A DNA stretch of 64,000 nt from Ramazzottius varieornatus (Eukaryota; Animalia; Tardigrada), in NCBI GenBank assembly GCA_001949185.1, contig BDGG01000010.1, positions 1,063,773 to 1,127,772 on the forward strand, read 5' to 3'. The notes beneath the pieces were generated by a model. The model saw only the letters and a program-made list of their open reading frames with translations, was not told where the DNA came from and searched no databases. Below are positions 14,801-25,770 of the stretch, one piece after another (within the stretch, counting starts at the first letter, position 1; every line of letters begins with the position of its first letter). The position numbers and the translations under genes were made by a program.

Positions 14801-17800
14801 GTGTGTCAGTGCCGAGCTGGATACTTCGGAACACCGCCTTCAGTTCCTTGCGGTGAGTGCGAACTGATCACTGACTTATCCCCTAGTTTGAGAAAGGTAT
14901 ACACTACAGCGACAAGCATAAAAATTGGGAGTTCAGTCCGTGAAAGTGTACGTAGGGCTCGAGAGAAACCGGTACAATAAGCTAACTAACTAACCTTATT
15001 CGAAATCTCATTACAGGGTATACAGTATACGAGATGTACAAAATTGGCAAGAAATTCTTTTGTTGTACGAGGTAAACGACATAATTCGGGCATATTTTCT
15101 CTCAGCCCTTGCTGCGCGTAATGAACTGCTCCTTGTTTCCTGAGGTAGACCGGTCCCTCTCCTCGAGGTTTCAATAGGTTTGAGAGCGAGAAAGCGTTGT
15201 GGAGCACGGGAATTTGGCCTGGGAGAGGGATGGGTCTGTCCAATGTCAAAAAGCCTAATGTTGTATCAACAGGCGTACGATGAGAGATGAATCAAGCGTT
15301 GACGATAATGTTCAAACTTTTCGCGTTGCCCGAATTATGGTGCGAAAATCGCTGTGGCAGAATTATGTCGTTTACCTCGTAGTCGGAGTTTGACATTTCT
15401 ACAACCTGAATAAAGTCATCTTGCAGGAACAGCTAATCCGAAACTATCTACTCAGATCTATTGGACGAAACTGTCTTTTTTGTAGATCGGCCATGTCCGG
15501 ACGGCATGGCCAAAGACCTGACAAGTGGCGTCTGCGCTCGGGCCACGGAGACCAGCTGCATCCAGACTTCCTGCTCGCCCGGTGTCTGCCAGAAGCCCGG
15601 AGCAGGCGACGACTCACCACCCTGTCTCTGTCCTGAAGGTACCCGTTACCTGTGGGACCGCGAAGTCTGCGCCATCATCCCACCACGCTGCGGACCACCC
15701 AACCCATGTTTGCCCGGAAAGTGCCTTCCCGACGGGTTCTCCTTCAAATGCGAATGTCCAGTGGGATACGTCTACATGAACGGTGCTTGCATGGACGTCA
15801 ACGAGTAAGTTGCCCATTAATCAAACTACTACGATACTGTAATCGCTATGCGATGTCGGCAAAGGACTTGAACATGGCTACTTGACCGAGTCGCGCACGC
15901 TCACAGCCAACAACACCGAAAGTGCGGGCCACTTGAGAAAACAATCTTGTCAAGACTAAAGAGTGTCTCTTTAAGTGACGCATATGTTCGACCAAAGACC
16001 ACGGCGGTGTACGCCACTTCAGATAACGATCTTGTTCAATTCATTTGCCGATGTCCCCTATCAGGCTCATTTCTGATTTTTTTGTCTAGGTGTGTGGAGA
16101 ACCCGACCATCTGCGGAGTGGGCGGTACCTGCACCAACAGACCCGGAACTTACAACTGCCTGTGCGCGCCGGGTTTCGAACTTAGAGATAACCAGTGCTT
16201 CACGGTGAACCAATGTGCTGGGCCGGTCAATCCATGTGATCCTGGCCAGTGTCAGCCGGCCGTAGGAAGTTACCGGTGCACCTGTCCTGACGGGTTCAGG
16301 TTCCTGCCAAGCCCAGTTGGAACGTGCAGCAGAGTCCTAACGCCGTGTGTTCAGCAGAAGGACTTGTGCAGTCCCGGGCAGTGCCAAGCACTGGGCGAGT
16401 TCAACTATAGGTGCCAATGCCCATCTGGATTTTCCTTCGACGGAGTTTCTTGCATTCAGATCAATCAGTGCGCAACGAGTCCTTGTGGAGCGGGAACTTG
16501 CAAGAACCTAGTAGGGTTTTACGAATGCACGTGTCCTCGTGGATATCGAAACGACGGAAAAACATGCATAGGTAATTATGTTGCATTTTGAAATTCTTCT
16601 GCTGGCTTTCCAGCTTTACAAGAAACGTGTCTATTTCCACCGAACGAAAACTGAGTTCAATTTTATGACGTTTTTCCCATGTCACCAATTTGTATAAATG
16701 TACGGTCCAACGGTACTAAGTTACCCGCTTCCAAATACATACACACATAGTCACCATGTCGAAGCTCACGAGGGATGTAATTATTCCAACATTTTTTTAA
16801 TATATTTTCAGATGTCAACGAATGCGCTGAGTCGGCTCCTTGCGGACCTGGTACTTGTCAGAACCTCCAAGGCTCCTACTCTTGCATCTGTCCTCTCGGC
16901 TTCGAGTTCGACGGATCAAGCTGCGTCGATATCAACGAATGTACCAGTCGGAACCGACCAGACTGTGGAGACGGCCAGTGCGAAAACACTGTGGGTTCCT
17001 ATCGCTGTCGCTGTGCCCCAGGCTTCCGCAATGCCGGGTTCCTGACAGCCGCTGGTCAAGCTAGTGGTCCTTGCGTGGACATCCAGGAGTGCAGTGACAA
17101 CCCGCAACCGTGCAGTCCCGGCCAATGTCTGGAAACCAAGGGCGGCTACCAGTGCCGCTGTCCAATAGGCTATCAGTTCCTTAATGGCGCCTGTGTCCAG
17201 ATCAACTTCTGTGTCGTTGATGATAAGTGTAAGCCCGGAAAGTGCGCTCTGACGGAGGGATCGTACATATGTACGTGTCCAGCTGGGTACACTTCGACAA
17301 GCCTACCGGCGAACGACTGTGTGCAGGTCAACGAATGCGCCTTACAACCTCCACCTTGCGGACCAGGTAAAACCGTGCGAAAATCGTATTCTCTAATTTT
17401 CACTGAGTACCAATCGTAGATCATACGTAGAATATTGTCCCTGTGGCCAACGATTGCGGCGGGTAACAAAATATATCGGCAGTTGACTTCTGTTTTTGCA
17501 GGGGCGGTTAACTGTATCGACACGCTGGGTTCCTACCAATGTCTCTGCGGTCCCGGCTACCAGCTCTCCGAAGACAAGAAACTCTGTATCGACGTGAACG
17601 AGTGCGCAGGTCCCATCAACCCATGCAGTCCAGGCGACTGTGGAAATCTACCCGGAACGTACTTCTGTATGTGTCCAGTGGGCTTCTCGAACAGCACCGG
17701 CATCGGCTGTACAGCGGTCAACGAGTGCGCTGGACCAGTCAACCTCTGCTTGCCCGGCACCTGCACGGATCTCTTTGGCAGCTACCAGTGCAACTGTCCA

Positions 17801-20800
17801 CCAGGCTATCAGTTCATCAATGGGGGCTGCGCTGATATCAACGAGTGCGCCATTTCACAGCCATGCGGCCCACACGGACAATGCATTAACGAAGCTGGAG
17901 CGTACACATGTCGATGCGATGTCGGCTTTGATTTCTCCAGCGGAACCTGTATAAGTACGTAAAATCATTTGGGACGTGGACAAATGAGTCGAACCGAATC
18001 GTCATTCTCAAGTGGCGCACGATCTCAGCCTCTAACAACGATAACTTGCGCCACCTGAGACCACGATTTGATCGAATTCACTTGACGACGTCCCGTTTCG
18101 ATCACTTGTAAGTACCACAGAGGGTGACCTGGGTTTTTGTTTTCGCAGACGTGAACGAGTGCACAGTGACGAATCCATGTTCGCGAAACGCTCAGTGTGT
18201 CGATACCGTTGGAAGTTACAACTGCGTCTGCCCACCCGGAACAGTCTCGCTCAACCCCAAGCTGGAAGCTTGTCAAGTCATTAACAGAAACATGTGCGAG
18301 AACAAGGTCTGCTACAACGAAGGAACCTGTCGAAGTATCACTCGTAACAAGCTCGGTGGCATCACCGAGGACAACTGTGAGTGTATCGAGAACTTCGCTC
18401 AAGACCTCCTGTCCGGCTCTTGCCGCAGCCTGTTGGAGACCTCTTGCACCAAAGGTTTCCAGAGTGTCCGCAATGGCACACAGATCTCCTGTATCAACAT
18501 CGACGAGTGCGCGACCATGCCGAATGTTTGTCTGAATGGAAGGTGTATCGACATGATTGGTAGCTATACCTGCGAGTGCAACCGCGGCTACAAAGTCTCC
18601 AAAGGACCAACCGGAGACACCACCTGTATTGAAATCAACGAGTGCGAGGAAGGAGCGCCTTGTGGACGGGGGACGTGCAAGAATAGTCCAGGAGGGTATA
18701 CCTGCTCCTGCTTCGATGGGTTCCGCCTAGTCGAAGGTCCAACTTGCGTCGGTAAGAAACGAGTACTGAGAAGTCACAAGTCTGGGAGTTCGGCCAACAA
18801 ACTCTTCAAAATTATTATCCCAAGTGGCGCACCTTTTCAGTCTTCATGGCTGGCGTCGTGATGGAAGAGCGAAAATTTGGAACTATCAAGTGGCGCATGG
18901 TGTCAGTCTTATTGGCCGAAAGCGTGCACCCCTTATGGAGATATCCCGTCGAGTTTTATTGTGAAGCCCAAATTGCTTACGGAACTATCTTTTTCATTAA
19001 TCTCATTAGTTTAATTGATCAAACAAAGTTTGTTTTTTTTAGTTTGGTAGAATGATTTCCTGATGCTGATCTATTTTTTCTTGTAGAAATCAAGCTTTGT
19101 GTAGAACGGTCGCCTTGTGGACCTCAAGGGAGCTGCATAGACACCGCACCCGGAAAGTACATCTGTCGATGCCCAGTTGGTTTCTCGTTCGACGGCACAA
19201 CTTGCGTTGACATCAACGAGTGCGCTATGTCATCCAACCCCTGCGTTGTCGGAGATTGTATTAACACCATCGGCTCCTACGTCTGTCGTTGTCCTTTGGG
19301 CTACACCTTCAGCAATTCGCGCTGCGTGGATGTCGACGAATGCGCCATCAGCAACCCTTGCGCTCCTGGTGAATGCCACAACACCGATGGCAGCTACTTT
19401 TGCGTCTGCCCTACTGGCTACACTAGACAAGAACCGGGCATCTGCGTTGATGTCAACGAATGCGCCAACGCCAACCCTTGCGGAGACGGCAAAGGCGCTT
19501 GTATCAACACCTTGGGTAAGTAGCGGCAACCCAGCCGACAGTCCGCACTCACTCACTTTCCATTTTGCTTTCAGGTTCCTTCCAATGTCAGTGCCTTTCC
19601 GGCTTCTCCTTCGACTCTTCCACTAGAACGTGCATCAGTATCGACGAATGTGCAGTGACTGCCATCGCGACGCTCTGCCTGCCAGGCGACTGCCAGAACA
19701 CCATCGGCTCCTACAGATGCATCTGCCCAGCCGGTTACGAAGCTACCAACACGCGGCTACTTCCTTCTCCCACCATCTCCAGCACTAACAATATCATCAC
19801 CAACGAAGTAGCCATCGTCCCCGCAGTGACTCAAGCCTGCGTGGACATCAACGAATGCGTCAGGAATCCCAACCTCTGCGCACCCGGAAACTGTCTCAAC
19901 ACCATCGGCAGTTACTACTGCATCTGCCCGGTTGGTTTCACCTTCGCAAACGGTGGCTGCGCGGATATCAACGAGTGTACAGACAAAACAGTGTGCGGTT
20001 TGGGCGTCTGTCGCAACACCATCGGAAGTTATGAGTGTTCATGTCCAGCGGGGTTCACTTTCGACAGAGTGACATGCGTAGACTTGAACGAGTGCCTGCA
20101 AGGCACACCCTGTGGAATGGGCTCATGTGTCAACACCATTGGCAGTTTCACCTGCGTCTGTCCACCGGGCTACCAACCAGGACCCAGCCAGGTCAGTGCC
20201 GTATCAAATTACAACACATGCATTTATGCTAATTTAATTTAGAAATGTTTTTTCAGCATTGTTTTGCTAAACTAAACTGAAAGATCAGTCATCTTACCTA
20301 ATGTCCAATAAACATTTTATCAAAACAATATGGTTTGAATTTGGTCCGCTACGATTATTTTCCCATCATTATCAGGCGTGTATTGACATCAATGAATGCA
20401 TCGGTGAAGCCACAATCTGTGGACCAGGCACGTGTGTCAATACCATCGGAAGCTACGTTTGTCGGTGTCCGGTAGGGTACTACACGGACCGCGGCACCTG
20501 TTTCGCCATCAACGAATGCGAGGCACCAGGGTTGTGCGGTGTGGGAACTTGTGTGGACCTGGTGGGTTCATATCAGTGCCAGTGTCCGCCAGGCTTCGAG
20601 TTTTCCCAAGGAACTTGCGTGGATATCAACGAGTGCACGCATAGTCCAGGACCTTGCCCGGATGGGTCAACTTGTAGGAACACCATTGGCTCATACCAGT
20701 GCGTGGCTCTACCCAAAATCATCACGATTTGCGTGCAGAGTAACCCGTGCGCACGGGGAACGTGCGTAGATGTCCCACCGGATCGGTACCAATGCCAATG

Positions 20801-23800
20801 TCCACCTGGCCAGTCTTTCGACGGTCGCACCTGCATCGGTAATTTTATTTCTTTCTAATTTTTGGTACCAAAAATTCAAATGTATGAATGTCGACCTCAT
20901 CCGCTTAAGAGCAAAAATATGCACTTCTCTTCGGTTAAACATACTGAACTAATGTCGCTCTTATTCTGAATGCGAATTTTCGAGCCTTGGATCAAGAACT
21001 GCTATGTTAGTCTTCATGGCCTGCCTTGTTCTACGATCAGTTCTTGCAGTTTTACTGATTCGTTGTTCTGTGAAAGTGTTCGTCCAGAGTGTCCCCATAC
21101 TGACAGTAATTAACCAGTTTTCTCTGCTGCAGATATCAACGAGTGCACGGCTAACCCGAACGTTTGCCTACCCGGTGAATGCGTGAACCTTCCCGGCACT
21201 TACCTCTGCGTCTGTCCCTTCGGCTTCACCCCATTCAACGGAAGCTGCGCCGACGTCAACGAATGTCTGCAGCAAGGGATCTGCGGTGCCGGTAGCTGTC
21301 AGAACACCATCGGCTCCTACAACTGCATCTGCCCGCCCGGCTTCGAATCGGTCCGCGGTACCTGCGTCGAGATCAACGAGTGCACGGACGTCTCCGTCTG
21401 CGGTCCCGGCAACACATGCGAGAACCTCCCAGGAGCTTACCGCTGCATCTGCCGACCAGGCTTCTCCTTCGACGCCAGAACATGTGTGGCCATCAACGAA
21501 TGCACACTCAACCCCAATATATGTACACCGGGTGTCTGTGAGAACACCTTTGGGTCGTACAGATGTATCTGCCCGGTGGGATTCCAGTCAGCCAATGGGA
21601 CGTGTGTCGACATCAATGAGTGTCTACTGGGTGCCATTTGTGGCAGCGGTACCTGCCAGAATACAATCGGTAGCTACCAATGCATCTGTCCTCCGGCATA
21701 CCGCTTCGTTCAGGGCTCCTGCTACGATATCAATGAGTGTGTAGAAACACCGGACATTTGTGGGCTGGGTACTTGCCAGAATCTGCCCGGATCGTATCAG
21801 TGCTTCTGCCCACCTGGATACGCTTTCCGAAACGGCACCTGTATCGGTGAGTGAATTTGCAACGTCGGCAAATGAAGTGAGCATGGTTGTTATCGGAAGT
21901 CGCGCACGCTTTCAATGTTGGTGGCCGAAGAGCGTGCGCCGCTTGGGAAAACAACGATCATGTTCATATCATATGCCGACGTCCCATTTCTTGTCACATA
22001 TATTTTCATAAGCCTCTAATGCTTTTCATTTTATTTTGTAGACATCAATGAGTGTACGGAGAACCCGCTGATATGCAACCAAGCCCAATGCCGCAACACG
22101 CTGGGCTCCTACATCTGCTTCTGTCCGGAAGGATTCACCATCGACATGACGACTCTGACCTGCCGCAGAGAATGCGGTCCCGGCTACATCCTCATCAACG
22201 AAATGTGCGTACCGGTCACGACGACCACGCGGAGACCCGTGACGGACTTCATCTGTACCACGCTCTTCTGCGGACCCAACGAACAACCGAGGTATAGTGT
22301 GGACTCGTGTGAGTGTGTCTGCATCTACGGTCCCGGTTCGCCACCCAACTGCCGCCCACCACCGACTAGTCCGCCACCTACTGTGCCACCCAGGATCGGA
22401 TCTTCTCCACCGGTTGTGGTCGTTGTTCCCACTACCGAAGCTAGTCTACCTGAAGCTTCGGTGCGCTGTTTAGCGGATGGTATCGAAGTGATCGTGGCGT
22501 TGAACAGCCAGTTCCAGGGCGTCATTTACGTGAAGAACTATAGTCGTGATGAGAACTGTCGAAGACTGATCACTGGCAACGAGTACAGGGATAACGTCAT
22601 CTTTGATATCAAATACGGCAATTGCGGAGTCTTTCCTGACGGGGTGAGTCCGGGGTGAACAATCGTAAAAATTGTATTTTATTCGTAAAGGTATTCCATC
22701 AATTCATGTCCGTTATGCTTGATTTATTTTTGCAGAATGTGGCAGAGTTTGTCCTGGTCGTTCAGCGTCATCCCACGTTAGTGACCATCGACGCCACGCC
22801 CTACCGTATTCGGTGTCTTTACAAAGGCGGTGAAGCGACCGTGACCGTTCCCAGCTTCACGGTACGGGTCAACACGATACAAGGGACTATCGCCAACGCT
22901 GCTCCACCACCGGTCTGTCGAATCATCATCATGAACTTTGACGGAAGTGCAGTGTCCAACGCCAACATTGGCCAGAACCTTCAGCTCAAAGTAGAGGTAT
23001 CTCCTTATAACGTCTACGGAGGCTTTGCCAGTAACTGCATGGCTATTGCCGTCGACAACTCTTGGAAGTTCCAAGTCACCGACGTTTACGGGTACGCACT
23101 GCAGTCGGTTTCTTGGTTCCACAGCATAGCCTTGTAACATTTGAATCTATTTTTCAGTTGTGCCACGGACCGAACAATATTCACCGAATGGACCTTCGAC
23201 CCGATCGATCATTCTCTACGAGCCAACTTCAGCGCTTTCAAGTTCCCTGGCGCCAGCTTACTTCGCTTCCAGTGTAACATCCGCATCTGCTTTCGACAGT
23301 GTCCACCGGTAAGCTTTGAGTGCTCGTAGCCAGTGAACAGAGATTATTACTTATATGGGCTTGCCGAATTAGGTTATTTGCCAACCTGGAGAACTTCGTT
23401 CATACGGAAAGAAGAAGCGTCAGGTTGAAGAACCGCTGCAAGACGTGGCACCAAAGGGTGACGTCATCGAAGAGATCCAGGTGCAGTCCAACGGCTTGCA
23501 GACCTATGATGTCCAAGCACAAGCGCTTGCCGCCAACAATAGTACGTGGAGCACTCTTCTCTGCAAAAATGATTCAGAAATTAATTTTTTTGCGAAAATC
23601 TTTAGGCGCTCTGGCGATAGCAGGAAGAGGTGATGATCAAGTCTGCCTGTCAGCCGCCAGTTTCGGTGTGACGCTGGCCATCACACTCCTCCTGGCCTTA
23701 GTGGCCATTGCCATCTCGATATCCTGCTGGATTATGGCCTACCGCAAGAGACCAGAAAGCGACGGCTCGTACTACCGCAGCAGCGCCACGGGCTACGGTA

Positions 23801-23892
23801 ACGGCACCGGGTACACCAATTCACGGAGTGGAGCCAGGTCGATACCGAGAGTAACGCTACCCAGACGGGACCCCGATCCTGACTATCAATGA
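5828..23892 (+). CDS. dp: Dumpy orthologue: signal peptide, Dumpy N-terminal Cys domain, dozens of tandem (mostly Ca-binding) EGF modules, ZP domain, furin-type site, TM, short cytoplasmic tail; ~35 exons, ~4,100 aa by rough exon tally
   Basis: Exon 1 (5828-5917) encodes a hydrophobic leader. Exon 2 [44 protein letters not shown] and the following [18 protein letters not shown]...[16 protein letters not shown] match the Drosophila Dumpy N-terminus as I recall it. Repeated D(I/V)NEC...CxNTxGSYxCxCPxG(Y/F) cbEGF units. The ZP domain (CLADGIEV...GVIYVK...[12 protein letters not shown]...YGGFASNC...GCATD...FSAFKFP...[10 protein letters not shown]), the GKKKR cleavage site, [25 protein letters not shown] and the terminal PDY all match the Dumpy C-terminus. 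TGA at 23890-23892. Confidence 0.93.
10696..10792. repeat. Palindromic dispersed repeat (GTGGCGCAC-core family), dumpy intron
   Basis: acaaactcgattaaatcgttttccagagtggcgcata...tgtgcgccgcttgggaaacaaccttgtcgagtttgt. Confidence 0.75.
12354..12440. repeat. Palindromic dispersed repeat (GTGGCGCAC-core family), dumpy intron
   Basis: ctggcaggattgttttctgagttggcgcacgctgtcagccaataatactgg...ccgccactttagacgacaatcctgtcaag. Confidence 0.7.
15068..15379. mobile_element. Mariner-like MITE/non-autonomous element, 312 bp, TA TSD, in dumpy intron
   Basis: TA|cgaggtaaacgacataattc...gaattatgtcgtttacctcg|TA: perfect 20-bp TIRs flanked by TA. An internal partial TIR copy (ttgcccgaattatg) lies at ~15326. Confidence 0.88.
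15849..16058. repeat. Palindromic dispersed repeat (GTGGCGCAC-core family), double-core copy, dumpy intron
   Basis: gatgtcggcaaagga...gtcgcgcacgc...gggccactt...aagtgacgcat...gtacgccactt...ttcatttgccgatgtccc. Confidence 0.7.
17968..18096. repeat. Palindromic dispersed repeat (GTGGCGCAC-core family), dumpy intron
   Basis: tttgggacgtggacaaatga...aagtggcgcac...ttgcgccacct...ttcacttgacgacgtcccg. Confidence 0.75.
18790..18955. repeat. Palindromic dispersed repeat (GTGGCGCAC-core family), two tandem cores, dumpy intron
   Basis: caagtggcgcacc at ~18821 and caagtggcgcatg at ~18887, ending ggccgaaagcgtgcac...gtcgagttt. Confidence 0.65.
21859..21987. repeat. Palindromic dispersed repeat (GTGGCGCAC-core family), dumpy intron
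   Basis: acgtcggcaaatga...aagtcgcgcacgctttc...gagcgtgcgccgcttgggaaaa...tcatatgccgacgtcccat. Confidence 0.78.
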
Positions 23893-24067
23893 GTCCGTTC
23901 TTTCTTTGCATTGTTCGAAGGTGTTATGACAAGCTAGTCCTGAGATTTTCTATGCGGTCGTAATATAACGATGACATGACAGTTAGTGTATTGCACATCC
24001 TTTTAACAATTCACAGTTTTGCACTTGTCCTTTATACCGTTCGCAATAAGACCGATCAAAATTTGTA

Positions 24068-24223
24068 CTGTAGGGCCACCAAATTATCGCGCACGCAACC
24101 ACGTGAACAGTAAATTATGCCCGGGTGAGAGTCAGCGAGGCTTAACTGATAACATCTGATCACGCTGGGCAGCGATGACTCATCACGTGGTTCAGTGCGC
24201 GATTATATTCGGTAGCACTACAA
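24068..24223. mobile_element. Tc1/mariner-type MITE, second copy (inverted relative to 3232-3385), TA TSD
   Basis: TA|ctgtagggccaccaaattatcgcgcac...gtgcgcgattatattcggtagcactacaa|TA. The interior is the reverse complement of 3232-3385 (atctgatcacgctgggcagcgatgactc). Confidence 0.88.
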
Positions 24224-25770
24224 TACCTTCTCGGAAGAGGAAACGTGCCACCAGGATGAACCATCTGTTAAAAAATATTAACACATTGCAGAGAGAACAA
24301 AGCTGTACTATTAACCCAAAGTTATGGTTTGGAAGATTTGTTCTAGCCGACGCTCTATATGAAACCGGACACGCAACCATTCAGATGTAAAGATTTCCTA
24401 TGGAGCTTACCGGTATTAATATTGCTCACCATGTTAACGCAGGGACGCAGGCTAATTTTACCATAAAACCGACGGCCATACATACTACCGCAGTTGCATT
24501 GATATAATGTAAATAGTAATTACAAGACGAACTGACTCCTAGCGAGCCGCATTGAGTTCAGCAACTCGCTAGCTCAAGGTCTCCCGCAAGTTCACCACCT
24601 CTTGACCTCCGGCCCGAGTCTTTTACCTGCTTTGCGCGGACATGGCAGCAAGAATCGCTCTTCTGGTAATCATGCTGGTGATCAGTACTGTGAACTGGCC
24701 AACGCCTCCAATGCGGAATATGCAAAACGGTCGATAGCGAACTGACACCGATAATCCGATCACGCAATATCTCATATCTGGAGAGGCAAGTACTTTAATT
24801 TATTGAGCGCGACCATACCGAGTTCGCAGTTTGTCGCCAAAGTTTCAGATGATCAGGGCGTTACGCGTATAAGATGTCTTTATCTGAACCAAAACTAGAT
24901 TTTATGATAAAGTACAGTGATCAAATATATACATGTAAATGCATGCATAATGTGTATATAAACACAAAAAATGCTATATTAATATGATAGGAAAAAATTT
25001 GCAAGCAATGTGACTATCTGAAAATCAGGAGATATTCAGAAACTAGTTCTGAATTGTATTAGTGTTTTGACGGATATAGCGCCATGTTCTTCGAATAGCA
25101 ACCCAGTGTTCAGCGGAAGTAGCTGAGGGGGGGGGGGCGAGCGGCGAGCTGGCTGACCTTATGAGTGAGCTGCTGTTGTGTTAAAGCCTATGGTACCGTT
25201 ACACGAGTTCTGCCACCACCCGTGCTTTGGAGTCAAGGCAGGAAAGTTGCTGACGTGCCACTCCCACTTGGATGATTGCAAGTTAAACACGTTTCACTTG
25301 CGCTATGGAATCAGTGTTCGGCCGGTAGAAAAATCTTGCCGCGAGGCAAACCCTGGCTAGCTGCGTCAGGTGCCCCAGCGAAGATCAGCACGTTCGGCTA
25401 ATTACAGTAGAATGACAATGCAGAAAGCATGCGGGTAAGGACATCACCTTCTTTGATGAGCGCAGAGACCTCTGTTGTTCATGTGGTAACGTGTGAGAAG
25501 AAGAAGTAATTACGTTCTTTCTGGCTTCCTGGATGAAGCCTCAGCCGACTTACAGACGCCACGGAGGCAGAAGAAATGGTCATCAACTGTTGGTAACTCT
25601 TTTTTCGCGCCATAAGGAAAACCCCCATGCTATTACTGTGGTTGACTAATGGGACAATGACTAATAAGTAATAAGCAATCGACACCGCTTTCGCGACAAA
25701 AAAGTACAAGGATCAGTCAGTAAGAATAAGGATAGACTATCTCGTTGCTCACGTCCAAAACGTAGAACAC

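Noticed and set aside
7200-23300. Many alternative-frame and antisense ORFs overlapping dumpy
   Set aside because: Shadow ORFs from repetitive Cys/Gly-rich EGF codons; no independent motifs.
23623-23640. RGD tripeptides in Dumpy (juxtamembrane GRGDD; also FRGDG at ~7307)
   Set aside because: GxxGDG is EGF consensus, and one more RGD in ~4,100 aa is expected by chance; no conservation evidence.
25127-25137. Poly-G run
   Set aside because: An isolated homopolymer with no supporting context.
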